A DNA stretch of 64,000 nucleotides from Clostridia bacterium. Lineage in GTDB: Bacteria; Bacillota; Clostridia; Christensenellales; QALW01. A program made the translations under genes and the position numbers. Below, in pieces: positions 44,461-54,176 of the stretch (position 1 is its first letter; each line of letters starts with the position of its first letter). The notes beneath the pieces are model-generated. The model was not told the DNA's origin and ran no database searches. It worked only from the letters and a program-made list of their open reading frames with translations. The DNA is taken from contig JAZNSH010000034.1 of the NCBI GenBank assembly GCA_045591115.1, positions 20,779-84,778 of the forward strand. Reading direction: 5' to 3'.

Positions 44461-45235
44461 AAAACAAAAAATGAATACGGCCTATCAGAAACATCTTGAT
44501 TTTATGAAGGCTGCTTCAATAATTTTATTAGCGATACCCATTGCTTCTATTCTTGTTGTATACTACGTTCTTGAAGAGCAGTTTGAAACCAATATGGACG
44601 TTTTATACTATATTTTTGTTGTTGCTCTTTTAGGTTTTATTGCGGGAATTGTATTAGGCGTTGTCGCTTCAATGAAACAAAACGTGGCAGACAGTATCAA
44701 TGAAAATTTATATGCTATCTGGAAGTATAAACCGGAAACAATTTATCGTTTTTACAGAAAAATGTGTAGATATGAAAAGAAAACTTCTTTCTGGAATTTC
44801 TTTTTAGCCGGCGCTTTTGTTCTTATTGTAGGAATAATTATGTTCAACAACGAAGTAGGACATTTTTTAGGAATAGTTTTTATTGTTGGAGCAATTATTT
44901 TAATACTTGCGGGAATAACTCGTCTTCCCTATTGCCAGTATCTCTTACTGAAGTTGCGCACAAAAATTATGGGCGATGCAAAGGAAATTATTTTTTCGCG
45001 AAGCGGAATATGGTATTGTGGGAAGGTTTGCTATTTCGGTGATAACGGTATAACTTACCATAGAGTTGAAAGAAAAGAACTCCACGGACAAGATGCTATA
45101 ATTTTTTATTATACTCACACAAGAGGTTTTCAACAAACCGCAAAAGAGCTTGCTATTCCGGTTTCGCCCAAAATGGCATATGCCGCTGATGATCTTGTTG
45201 CAGAATTTAACAGAAGTGATCTTTTATCAAAATAA
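44447..45235 (+). CDS. Four-TM membrane protein with a cytoplasmic C-terminal domain, unknown function; paralogue of the previous gene
   Basis: The ATG at 44447 lies 6 nt after GGAG and overlaps the upstream gene by 14 nt. Confidence 0.55.
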   Translation: MRSNKKQKMNTAYQKHLDFMKAASIILLAIPIASILVVYYVLEEQFETNMDVLYYIFVVALLGFIAGIVLGVVASMKQNVADSINENLYAIWKYKPETIYRFYRKMCRYEKKTSFWNFFLAGAFVLIVGIIMFNNEVGHFLGIVFIVGAIILILAGITRLPYCQYLLLKLRTKIMGDAKEIIFSRSGIWYCGKVCYFGDNGITYHRVERKELHGQDAIIFYYTHTRGFQQTAKELAIPVSPKMAYAADDLVAEFNRSDLLSK

Positions 45236-45239
45236 ATTT

Positions 45240-45261
45240 GCCGACTTTTGTCGGCTTTTTT
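45240..45261 (+). terminator. Rho-independent terminator
   Basis: GCCGAC tttt GTCGGC followed by TTTTTT. Confidence 0.8.
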
Positions 45262-45359
45262 CAATTAATAATTGAATTTTTTTGATTTTCAACAAATATA
45301 TTATTGAAAAATTTTTTTCTTTGATTTATAATACAGATGCATCAGGAGGTAAATGTGTA

Positions 45360-46514
45360 ATGATCGATATTACCTTTTTAGGCGAAAAAATTCGCAAAAA
45401 CAGAAAAGAATTAGGCATAACTCAAACAGAACTTGCGCAAAAGCTCAATATAAGCTTTCAAGCGGTTTCAAACTGGGAACGTGGCACAGCTCCCCCGGAT
45501 CTTGATAACATTGTGAAGCTTTCCCAATTATTTGGAATAACCATCGATAATTTGCTTAATACTTCATTAAATGAAGAAAATGTTTATTTGGGTATTGATG
45601 GCGGTGCAACGAAAACTGAATTCGTTGTATTCGCTTCATCGGGAAAAATATTCAAGAAATTTAAGCTTGAAGGTTCAAATCCCAATGATATCGGTATTGA
45701 GAAATGTGCAAATGTTTTATCACAAGGTATTGATACCTGCTTAAGTGAGTACCCTTCGTTAAATAAGATATTTGCAGGCTTATCAGGTATCGGCGCAGGA
45801 ACCAATAAGAAAGATCTTACGATGCTTCTTTCATTAAGATATAAGCATTTAAAGATTGAAATGGATACTGATGCCGCAAATGTATTTTCATCATCAGATG
45901 AAGTGTGTTCTTCTGCAATGATCTGCGGTACTGGATCAGTTGTATTTGCAAATGTTAACGGTGCAACCAAAAGACTTGGCGGATGGGGTTATTTCTTTGA
46001 CAATGCAGGAAGTGCCTTTGATATTGGAAAAGATGCGATTTCTGCCTGCCTTTCATACGAAGATGGATTAACGGAATATACTAAAATCTATCCGTTGCTC
46101 TGCAGTGCCCTTGATTCACGTGCTACGAAGGTTTGGGAATCAATAAGTATGGTCTATAAAAAAGGCAAAGCATATGTTGCAAGTATGGCGCCTGTTGTTT
46201 TTAAGGCATATTCATCAGGTGATGCTACTGCAGAAAAAATTATTGATCAGAATATGAATCGCCTTGCATTGCTTATTAATAAAGCGACAGAAATCAGTTC
46301 AAATAATAATATTATTGCTTGCGGAGGATTGTTTGAACACTTTGGCGATATGCTCTTCCCCATTTTAAAAGAAAAATGCAAAAAAGCAAACTTCATCGTT
46401 CCTGATCTTCCACCGATTTACGGTGCTTGTAAGGAATGCTTAAAAAGGTTTGATATTGTATCTTCAAATAATTTTCACGATACTTTTTATAACGAATATG
46501 TCAGAGGTGTATAA
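45360..46514 (+). CDS. XRE-type HTH domain fused to a BadF/BadG/BcrA/BcrD-type sugar kinase (MurNAc/GlcNAc kinase-like)
   Basis: N-terminal HTH (IRKNRKELGITQTELAQKLNISFQAVSNWERG), then the ATPase phosphate-1 motif LGIDGGATKTEFVVF and later GTGS / GGWG motifs. murQ follows 2 nt downstream. Confidence 0.75.
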   Translation: MIDITFLGEKIRKNRKELGITQTELAQKLNISFQAVSNWERGTAPPDLDNIVKLSQLFGITIDNLLNTSLNEENVYLGIDGGATKTEFVVFASSGKIFKKFKLEGSNPNDIGIEKCANVLSQGIDTCLSEYPSLNKIFAGLSGIGAGTNKKDLTMLLSLRYKHLKIEMDTDAANVFSSSDEVCSSAMICGTGSVVFANVNGATKRLGGWGYFFDNAGSAFDIGKDAISACLSYEDGLTEYTKIYPLLCSALDSRATKVWESISMVYKKGKAYVASMAPVVFKAYSSGDATAEKIIDQNMNRLALLINKATEISSNNNIIACGGLFEHFGDMLFPILKEKCKKANFIVPDLPPIYGACKECLKRFDIVSSNNFHDTFYNEYVRGV

Positions 46515-46516
46515 AA

Positions 46517-47314
46517 ATGCTTGATACTGAACGCAGAAATGAAAAAACTAAAAATATTGATAAAATGTCGACCCTTGAAATGGTTGATATCATTTCGGAA
46601 GAAAACTACAACGCTGTAAAGGCTGTTGAGGCTGAGCGCGAGAACATTGCTCTTGCAATTGATGCGATAAGTGAATCCTTAGCCAATGGCGGTAGATTAT
46701 TTTATATTGGAGCAGGAACATCAGGCAGACTTGGTGTTGTAGACGCATCTGAGTGTCCTCCTACATTTGGTGTTGAATACGGACTTGTTACCGGCATTAT
46801 TGCAGGTGGATATGATTGTATGTTCAAGGCTGCTGAAAATGCTGAGGATGTTTACGAAAAAGGTGAAAAAGATATTATTGATTACGGTGCTAAAAAAGGT
46901 GACGTTGTTGTCGGTGTTTCTGCTGCGGGCGGTGCTGCATATGTTGTTGGTGCTCTTGAAAAGGCAAAAGAAATTGGATGTGTTACCGTAGGCTTAACCT
47001 GCAATAAAGACACAAAGGTTCTTAAAGCGTCCGATATTAAGATCTGCACACAAACAGGTCCTGAGGTTATTACCGGTTCTACAAGAATGAAGGCAGGAAC
47101 AGCGCAGAAATTAGTTTTAAATATGCTTTCAACCTGCGCTATGGTTAAAACGGGTAAGGTTTATGAAAACCTTATGATCAATCTTAAGCCTACGAATATT
47201 AAATTGAAGGATCGTATGGTTCGTATAGTTTGTGAAATTAAAGAATGTGATTATAATACTGCCGAAAAGCTTTTAAATGATAATAATTGGGTTATTCGAG
47301 ATGCTGTAAAATAA
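46517..47314 (+). CDS. murQ: N-acetylmuramic acid 6-phosphate etherase
   Basis: SIS domain: GGRLFYIGAGTSGRLGVVDASECPPTFGV and ...GSTRMKAGTAQKLVLNMLST. Confidence 0.9.
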   Translation: MLDTERRNEKTKNIDKMSTLEMVDIISEENYNAVKAVEAERENIALAIDAISESLANGGRLFYIGAGTSGRLGVVDASECPPTFGVEYGLVTGIIAGGYDCMFKAAENAEDVYEKGEKDIIDYGAKKGDVVVGVSAAGGAAYVVGALEKAKEIGCVTVGLTCNKDTKVLKASDIKICTQTGPEVITGSTRMKAGTAQKLVLNMLSTCAMVKTGKVYENLMINLKPTNIKLKDRMVRIVCEIKECDYNTAEKLLNDNNWVIRDAVK

Positions 47315-47320
47315 TTATTT

Positions 47321-47350
47321 GCCGAGGAAAAAACCTCGGCATTATTTTTT
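47321..47350 (+). terminator. Rho-independent terminator
   Basis: GCCGAGG aaaaaa CCTCGGC followed by ATTATTTTTT. Confidence 0.8.
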
Positions 47351-47374
47351 CACAATTTGTTTTATATTTTTGAG

Positions 47375-47403
47375 TTGACTCTATTATGAAATAAATATAT
47401 AAT
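47375..47403 (+). promoter_or_regulatory. Candidate sigma-A promoter: TTGACT, 17-nt spacer, TATAAT
   Basis: TTGACT at 47375-47380, a 17-nt spacer, and TATAAT at 47398-47403, upstream of the ABC exporter operon. Confidence 0.6.
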
Positions 47404-47437
47404 TAAATAGTTAATTATTATTCAAGGAGTTATATTT

Positions 47438-49177
47438 ATGATCAGACGGCTATTAAAATGCGTAAGAGAATTTAAACTGCCTACTATACTGACTTTTATC
47501 TTTATAATTTTAGAAGTTTTTATAGAAGTTTTTATTCCTTTCATAACAGTGGAGATAATAAATCAGATTTCTAATAAGGATCCACTTTCAGATGTTGTTA
47601 AGACTTGCGTTTTTCTTGCAATAATGGCGTGCATTTCGCTTTGCTGCGGTGGTATTGCAGGATTTACAAGTGCAAAGGCTTCAGCAGGGTTTGCAAGAAA
47701 CTTGCGACTTGATGTTTTTAAGAAAATTCAAACTTTTTCCTTCGAAAATATCGATAAATTTTCATCAACATCACTCGTAACGCGTTTAACAACCGATATC
47801 GGTAACATTCAGATGTCATATATGACATTAATAAGAATTGCTGTAAGAGCACCTTTAATGCTCATCTGTGCTATCGTTATGGCTTTTATTATGGGCGGTT
47901 TCCTTGCGGCAACATTTGTTATTGTAGTACCTTTTCTTGCCTTTGGTCTATTTATTATTGGCAAAAAAGCTATGCCTGCATTTCGCCGAGTTTTCAAAAA
48001 ATACGATAAATTAAATGAATCTATTGAAGAAAACGTTCGTGCAATGCGCGTTGTTAAAGGATTTTCGCGCGAAAACTTTGAAAAAGAAAAATTTAATAGA
48101 GCATCTGACGATATATGTGCTGATTTCACAAAAGCAGAGCGCATTGTTGCAATGAACACGCCTTTGATGCAGATTTGTCTCTATTTTAATATGATTTTCG
48201 TTCTCGTTATAGGTTCAAAGCTTATAATTGAGAGCGGTGGCACGTTGATCCAGGTCGGCCACATTTCTGCAATGCTTACTTACGGTATGCAGATTTTAAT
48301 GCAGCTTATGATGCTTTCGATGATTTATGTCATCTTAACTATGTCAAGTGAATCACTAAAGAGAATCGGTGAAGTATTAAATGAGGAAACTGCACTTAAA
48401 GAGCCTGAAAATCCTATATATGAAATAAAAGACGGTTCAGTTAAGTTCGAAAATGTCAACTTTAAATATTCAAAAAATGCAAAAAAGAACTCGTTAAACA
48501 ATGTTAATATTGATATAAAATCCGGTATGACTGTAGGTATCATTGGTGGAACAGGCTCAAGTAAATCAACTCTTGTACAGCTAATTTCAAGGCTATATGA
48601 TGTAACTGACGGTGTCGTTTATGTTGGCGGTGTTGACGTTAAGGACTATGATATCAAATCATTGCGTGATTCAGTTGCCGTTGTTCTTCAGAAAAATCTT
48701 CTTTTCTCAGGTACTATAAAAGAAAATCTTCTTTGGGGCAATGAAAATGCCACCGATGAAGAAATTATTGAAGCTTGTAAGATGGCTCAGGCTCACGAAT
48801 TTGTTGAAAGTTTTCCCGAAAAATATGATACTTTTATCGAACAAGGCGGAACAAACGTTTCAGGTGGACAGAAACAAAGGCTTTGCATTGCAAGAGCTAT
48901 GCTTAAAAAGCCCAAAATACTTATTTTAGACGATTCAACAAGCGCAGTTGATACAAAGACCGATGCACATATAAGAAACGGCTTTAAGACCTTTATTCCC
49001 GAAACAACTAAAATAATAATAGCTCAGAGAATTTCGTCTGTTCATGATGCTGATATGATTATTGTTATGGATAACGGAAATGTTTCAGCTATAGGAACAC
49101 ATGATGAACTCTTAAAAACATCAGATATTTATAGCGATGTTTATGCTCAACAGACGGGAGGTGCTGAACTTGAATAA
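47438..49177 (+). CDS. ABC exporter, fused TMD-NBD half transporter, subunit A (degenerate catalytic site)
   Basis: Six-TM type I exporter domain, Walker A GGTGSSKST, signature VSGGQKQR. Walker B is ILILDD followed by S, so the canonical catalytic Glu is replaced. This is as expected for the degenerate half of a heterodimeric exporter. Confidence 0.9.
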   Translation: MIRRLLKCVREFKLPTILTFIFIILEVFIEVFIPFITVEIINQISNKDPLSDVVKTCVFLAIMACISLCCGGIAGFTSAKASAGFARNLRLDVFKKIQTFSFENIDKFSSTSLVTRLTTDIGNIQMSYMTLIRIAVRAPLMLICAIVMAFIMGGFLAATFVIVVPFLAFGLFIIGKKAMPAFRRVFKKYDKLNESIEENVRAMRVVKGFSRENFEKEKFNRASDDICADFTKAERIVAMNTPLMQICLYFNMIFVLVIGSKLIIESGGTLIQVGHISAMLTYGMQILMQLMMLSMIYVILTMSSESLKRIGEVLNEETALKEPENPIYEIKDGSVKFENVNFKYSKNAKKNSLNNVNIDIKSGMTVGIIGGTGSSKSTLVQLISRLYDVTDGVVYVGGVDVKDYDIKSLRDSVAVVLQKNLLFSGTIKENLLWGNENATDEEIIEACKMAQAHEFVESFPEKYDTFIEQGGTNVSGGQKQRLCIARAMLKKPKILILDDSTSAVDTKTDAHIRNGFKTFIPETTKIIIAQRISSVHDADMIIVMDNGNVSAIGTHDELLKTSDIYSDVYAQQTGGAELE

Positions 49178-51065
49178 AAAGGGTGGAAATATAAAAAATA
49201 TTCCTCGCGTAATTAAAATGCTTTTCAGCTATTACCCGGTATTACTCCCTATTACAATACTTTGTATCATTTTTTCTGCAATTGTTTCATCAATTCCTGC
49301 ATTATTTATTCAAAATATTATTGCGGAAATTGAGTTTTCACTGGAAAACTCCGTTGCTTGGTCAGAAGCAAGTGCACGAATATTTCCGATGATCGGAATT
49401 CTCATTGTTTTATATGTGCTTTCTTTTGCATCGATTCTTGTTCACACTCAGCTGATGGCATATATGACTCAGGGATTTTTATCAAAAATGCGAAAAGCAA
49501 TGTTCAGTGGGATGCAGAACTTGCCGATAAAATACTTTGACACAAACAAGCACGGCGATATAATGAGTCATTATACTAACGATATTGACACCTTAAGACA
49601 GCTTGTTTCGCAAACATTGCCTGCATTGATCCAATCTATCGTTATTGTAATTACAGTTTTCTCGATTATGTTATACTTTAGCATTTGGATGACGATGGTT
49701 GTTTTTGTTGGTGTATTCTTTATGCTTTTCATTTCCAAGAAAATCGGTGGCGGATCAGCGAAGTTTTTCATAAAACAGCAAAAAGCAATGGGAAAAACTG
49801 AGGGATTTATTCAGGAAATGATGAATGGACAGAAGGTAATTAAAGTTTTCTGCCACGAAAAAGAATGTGAAAATGATTTTGAGAAAATAAATAACGAGCT
49901 TTATGAGGATAGCTACCGTGCTCACGCATATGCAAATATGCTTGGTCCCATAATTATGAATGTCGGAAATATTCTTTACGTCATTATGGCTCTGGTCGGC
50001 GGCATTTTAATGCTTTCAGATATACAGAATTTCAGTATTTCCGGAATGGCTTTCAGCATAAGTATTGTTGTACCATTCCTTAATATGACAAAACAATTTA
50101 CAGGCAACATCAATAACGTTTCTCAACAGATAAATTCCATAGTAATGGCAATGGCAGGTGCTGGACGAATCTTTAAATTGATGGATCAGGAGCCTGAGGT
50201 TGATGATGGTTATGTTACTCTTGTTAATGCGAATGTTCTTGATGACGGCACTATCGAAGAATCAACTGTTCATACCGGTACGTGGGCGTGGAAGCATCCA
50301 CACCACGATGGCACACTCACCTATACGCTTTTAAAGGGTGACGTTCGTCTTACCAACGTTGATTTTGGTTATACTGATGATAAGCAGGTTTTATATGATG
50401 TCAGTGTTTATGCTGAACCCGGTCAAAAGATTGCTTTTGTTGGTGCCACCGGTGCAGGAAAAACAACAATCACAAACTTAATCAATCGTTTCTATGATAT
50501 TGCTGACGGCAAGGTCAGATATGACGGAATCAATATAAACAAAATTAAAAAATCTGATTTGCGTCGTTCTTTGGGCATTGTTCTTCAGGATACAAATCTT
50601 TTTACCGGCACAGTTATGGATAATATCCGTTACGGTAACCTTCAGGCAACAGACGAGGAATGTATAAATGCTGCAAAGCTTGCAGGTGCGGATGATTTTA
50701 TCTCAAGATTACCTGATGGATATAATACTATGCTATCAAATAACGGATCAAATCTTTCTCAAGGTCAAAGGCAGTTGATTGCTATTGCCCGTGCTGCAGT
50801 TGCAGATCCTCCCGTTATGATACTTGATGAAGCAACCTCGTCGATAGATACGAGAACAGAGGCTATTGTCCAAAGAGGTATGGATAAGCTAATGGAAGGC
50901 AGAACGGTTTTTGTTATTGCCCATCGACTTTCAACCGTTATGAATTCTGATGTTATTATGGTTCTTGATCACGGAAGAATAATTGAGCGCGGTAATCACG
51001 AAGAGCTTATTGCGCAAAAAGGAACATATTATCAGCTTTACACCGGCGCATTTGAACTTGAATAA
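49170..51065 (+). CDS. ABC exporter, fused TMD-NBD half transporter, subunit B (consensus site)
   Basis: Walker A GATGAGKTT, signature LSQGQRQL, Walker B MILDEATS. The probable TTG start at 49170 lies 8 nt after GGGAGG. The track start at 49137 and the ATG at 49143 are alternatives. Confidence 0.88.
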   Translation: MNKKGGNIKNIPRVIKMLFSYYPVLLPITILCIIFSAIVSSIPALFIQNIIAEIEFSLENSVAWSEASARIFPMIGILIVLYVLSFASILVHTQLMAYMTQGFLSKMRKAMFSGMQNLPIKYFDTNKHGDIMSHYTNDIDTLRQLVSQTLPALIQSIVIVITVFSIMLYFSIWMTMVVFVGVFFMLFISKKIGGGSAKFFIKQQKAMGKTEGFIQEMMNGQKVIKVFCHEKECENDFEKINNELYEDSYRAHAYANMLGPIIMNVGNILYVIMALVGGILMLSDIQNFSISGMAFSISIVVPFLNMTKQFTGNINNVSQQINSIVMAMAGAGRIFKLMDQEPEVDDGYVTLVNANVLDDGTIEESTVHTGTWAWKHPHHDGTLTYTLLKGDVRLTNVDFGYTDDKQVLYDVSVYAEPGQKIAFVGATGAGKTTITNLINRFYDIADGKVRYDGININKIKKSDLRRSLGIVLQDTNLFTGTVMDNIRYGNLQATDEECINAAKLAGADDFISRLPDGYNTMLSNNGSNLSQGQRQLIAIARAAVADPPVMILDEATSSIDTRTEAIVQRGMDKLMEGRTVFVIAHRLSTVMNSDVIMVLDHGRIIERGNHEELIAQKGTYYQLYTGAFELE

Positions 51066-51069
51066 TAAA

Positions 51070-51108
51070 AATAACACCTTACAATTGCAAGGTGTTATTT
51101 GCTTTTTT
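51070..51108. terminator. Bidirectional rho-independent terminator
   Basis: AATAACACCTT acaattgc AAGGTGTTATT followed by TGCTTTTTT, between convergent genes. Confidence 0.8.
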
Positions 51109-51574
51109 ATTCTGTTTCTTTATTTTGTTTTAAAAGAATACTGAGCTCTTTCATAAATGAATCAATATCTTTAAATTCGCGGTAAACGGAGGCAAATCTT
51201 ACGTACGCAACCTGATCAAGCTGAACAAGCTTATCCATAATAATTTCGCCGATTTCAATGGAGCTTATCTCGTGATCCAATGAATTATGAACCTGACGGT
51301 CAATTTCATTAACAACGTGTTCGATCTGTTCTACGGAAACCTTGCATTTTTCGCAAGCTTTAACGATGCCTCTGCGAACCTTATCAATTTCGAACAGCTG
51401 ACGGCTACCATCCTTTTTAACAACCATAACCGGTGCTGATTCAATTTTTTCATATGTAGTAAAACGCTTACCGCATTCGGGACATTCTCTGCGCCTGCGA
51501 ATAACGCTACCTTCTTCGGTGGGCCTTGAATCAAGAACTCTGCTATCAAGACATCCGCAAAACATACATCTCAT
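51107..51574 (-). CDS. nrdR: Transcriptional repressor NrdR
   Basis: MRCMFCGCLDSRVLDSRP...RRRRECPECGKRFTTYE forms a zinc ribbon, followed by an ATP-cone. Confidence 0.93.
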   Translation of the reverse strand: MRCMFCGCLDSRVLDSRPTEEGSVIRRRRECPECGKRFTTYEKIESAPVMVVKKDGSRQLFEIDKVRRGIVKACEKCKVSVEQIEHVVNEIDRQVHNSLDHEISSIEIGEIIMDKLVQLDQVAYVRFASVYREFKDIDSFMKELSILLKQNKETE

Positions 51575-52344
51575 AATATTCCTCCGTAAAGTAATTTGTT
51601 ATATAGTTCAAGGGTTTTTTCGCCTTTGAGCGAACTTTGAATAATTAAAGAACCTTTTTTGTTTGATAAATTTTTTGAATTGTTTTTTATTAGAATCTCT
51701 TTCAAGTGAGATATTGTGCCATCAATTCCGTCAAATATCTTAATATTATCCTTGCAAAGAGCATTTAAAATCTTGTCTTTTACAAACGGATAATGAGTGC
51801 ATCCAAGCACAATGGCCGTTATATTAATGTTGCTATAGGGGTGCAATAATTCAGAAAGATATGCGTCAATATCAGACTCTGAAAATACTGCTTCTTCAAT
51901 TTTTTGAGCAAGTTGTTGGCAAGCTACCTTAATTACACGATTATCAACATCATATCTCTTTATTAAAGCATTAACACGCTCTGAACAAACAGTAACCTGT
52001 GTTGCAAGCAACAGAACATTTCCTTTTGTTTGCTCTAAAGCAGGCTTTATGGCAGGCTCCATACTTATTATTGGAATATTTACTTTTTTTCTTAATTCAT
52101 CAACTGCGATGCTTGTTGCGGTGTTGCAAGCAATTACTATAGCTTTTACACCTTGCTTAATCAGGCTGTTTATGGCGTTTTCGGTCAACAAAAATACGTC
52201 TTTCCTGCTTTTGGTGCCGTAGGGAGCATTTAATGAATCTCCAAAATAAATATAATTTTCTTCAGGCATTACTGTTAAAGCGTACTTTAAAACCGAAAGA
52301 CCGCCAACACCCGAATCAAAAAAACCAATAGGTTTATTTTGCAT
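51571..52344 (-). CDS. murI: Glutamate racemase
   Basis: IGFFDSGVGGLSV, IACNTAT, LGCTHYP. The ATG at 52344 follows GGAG. The stop overlaps the nrdR start. Confidence 0.92.
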   Translation of the reverse strand: MQNKPIGFFDSGVGGLSVLKYALTVMPEENYIYFGDSLNAPYGTKSRKDVFLLTENAINSLIKQGVKAIVIACNTATSIAVDELRKKVNIPIISMEPAIKPALEQTKGNVLLLATQVTVCSERVNALIKRYDVDNRVIKVACQQLAQKIEEAVFSESDIDAYLSELLHPYSNINITAIVLGCTHYPFVKDKILNALCKDNIKIFDGIDGTISHLKEILIKNNSKNLSNKKGSLIIQSSLKGEKTLELYNKLLYGGIL

Positions 52345-52355
52345 TTTTTCTCCAA

Positions 52356-54137
52356 TCAATATAAATCAAACGAAAAAATATGAACTTTATCTGTTTCACC
52401 CCATAAAGTTTTAGGAATTAGTGAAATGCTTTTTACAAGAGAATCTATGATAACTTCATTCATTCGTTTAATATTATTGTTAACTTCAATATTTTTTACT
52501 GTGCCATCAAAAGCAATATATTCTATAGTATAATCTTTAACAAGTGTTTTTGGCAAGTGCATTTTTGGAGAATCTTTAAAAATATTGCAACGCATACTGT
52601 GATAGCGCTCGCAGTCATCTCCGGGAAGAGTTATTCTGTCAAGGTCACTGTCAAATACAATATGTGCTTTTTCGACATATTGAGGCTCACTGAATGAATA
52701 AGTTATTTTATCATTTAGCTGACAAAATGCACCTTGTTCTTCTTCACCGTAAATTTTATTATTTCTGTCAATGCCGTTTCTTAAGTTTTCTTTATTTTCA
52801 CAGCCTGAAAGTTCACCTATCTTTGAAGGTTTACCGATTTGGCGTGTAAGATACGGAATAAAACAGTCAGCGCGTAAAAGATTTTGCTGCAATTCTTCAA
52901 TATAAAAATCATAAACTCCCTGAGGTGTTGTGTTGTATTCAACTGAAAGTGATGCGGCTTCACCAATGGCTTGACCTAAAACGGCACAAGTCATCATAAC
53001 TCTTGTGGAGCTCATCGCAGCGTGGGTTGCACTTATATTTCTTCCTGCAAAAAACAAATTTTCGATATTAGCTGAAAATAAGCTTCTATATGGAATACCG
53101 TAAATCCCCTTAACCTGGCTTTCGCCCATATTGGTTCCTCTTCCTTTAAAATAGAAACCACGAGGATCGTGATCGTCAAGAGGCCAACCGCCATAAGCAA
53201 CAACGTCATCAAAATGACCACCCTCAATAACTTCCTTTTGCTTTAAAATATGAGGACCGATCATTCTTCTTGATTCTCGTTTGCCCGGTAAAAAGCCAAT
53301 AAACTCTAACTGCCATTTTTTTGCTTCAAATTCTTCGTCAAATTTGCCACTATTCTTAAAATAGTCCCAATATCCGTAAGCAAGAGCAACCAATTCATCA
53401 CGAAGTATTTCTGTATCACCGATAGAATCTCTGTCACCGCCAAGCTCAAGATACCAGAAATTTTCCCAGTTACTATTGAGGTTGGGTGTACGACGTTTTA
53501 TATCTTCATCAGTAAGTTTTTTTGCCCAATCTGGAGCGATAAAACTGATTTCTTCGTCTGTTTTTCTTGCCTGAATAAGACAACTTAAGCCCATTGTCTT
53601 TTTGTCAGCTTCAGTAACAGAAATTATTTCATCAAATTCTTCTGCGGCTTCTCTTCCCAAACGGAATTCTGCGTGTGTTAAGGGCGCAAGAATACTGTCA
53701 CCTGAACAATCGGCATAGAATTTTGCCTGAACATAATGCCAAGATTGTGTGGTCATCTGCCAGGCAACAACTGTTTTAATTTTTCCGCCTTCCATATCTA
53801 CATCACAAACGGAAGTATTGAGTAATAATGTTATGTTAGGCTCTGAAATAACAGTTCCATATAATACGCTATCCCAAATCGAATAATTTTTATATGGATT
53901 TCTATATAAATTTTCAAGATTTATTTCTTCCATAATACCGGTTTCACGGTTGTTCTCGCCCTGTGCACCGCAAACCCACATACGTATTTCACTGGACGCA
54001 TTTCCTCCAAGAACGGGGCGTTCTTGAACTAAAACGACACTTTTTCCGCTTCTTGCAGCCTGAACAGCGGCACAGATACCTGCTAATCCACCGCCAACTA
54101 CACAAAAATCAACGTTATATTCATGTCTTTTTATCAT
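52356..54137 (-). CDS. FAD-dependent oxidoreductase (large FAD_oxidored-type protein often found near glycoside hydrolases)
   Basis: N-terminal dinucleotide fold DFCVVGGGLAGICAAVQAARSGKSVVLVQERPVLGGNASSE. About 590 aa. The ATG at 54137 lies 8 nt after GGAGG. Confidence 0.75.
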   Translation of the reverse strand: MIKRHEYNVDFCVVGGGLAGICAAVQAARSGKSVVLVQERPVLGGNASSEIRMWVCGAQGENNRETGIMEEINLENLYRNPYKNYSIWDSVLYGTVISEPNITLLLNTSVCDVDMEGGKIKTVVAWQMTTQSWHYVQAKFYADCSGDSILAPLTHAEFRLGREAAEEFDEIISVTEADKKTMGLSCLIQARKTDEEISFIAPDWAKKLTDEDIKRRTPNLNSNWENFWYLELGGDRDSIGDTEILRDELVALAYGYWDYFKNSGKFDEEFEAKKWQLEFIGFLPGKRESRRMIGPHILKQKEVIEGGHFDDVVAYGGWPLDDHDPRGFYFKGRGTNMGESQVKGIYGIPYRSLFSANIENLFFAGRNISATHAAMSSTRVMMTCAVLGQAIGEAASLSVEYNTTPQGVYDFYIEELQQNLLRADCFIPYLTRQIGKPSKIGELSGCENKENLRNGIDRNNKIYGEEEQGAFCQLNDKITYSFSEPQYVEKAHIVFDSDLDRITLPGDDCERYHSMRCNIFKDSPKMHLPKTLVKDYTIEYIAFDGTVKNIEVNNNIKRMNEVIIDSLVKSISLIPKTLWGETDKVHIFSFDLY

Positions 54138-54176
54138 CAAATTTTCCTCCAAACATAAAACCTTATCTTTTTTGCT

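Noticed and set aside
45655-45695. A tRNA T-arm-like string, GGTTCAAATCC.
   Set aside because: It lies inside the HTH-kinase coding frame. No acceptor, D-arm or anticodon-arm complementarity surrounds it.
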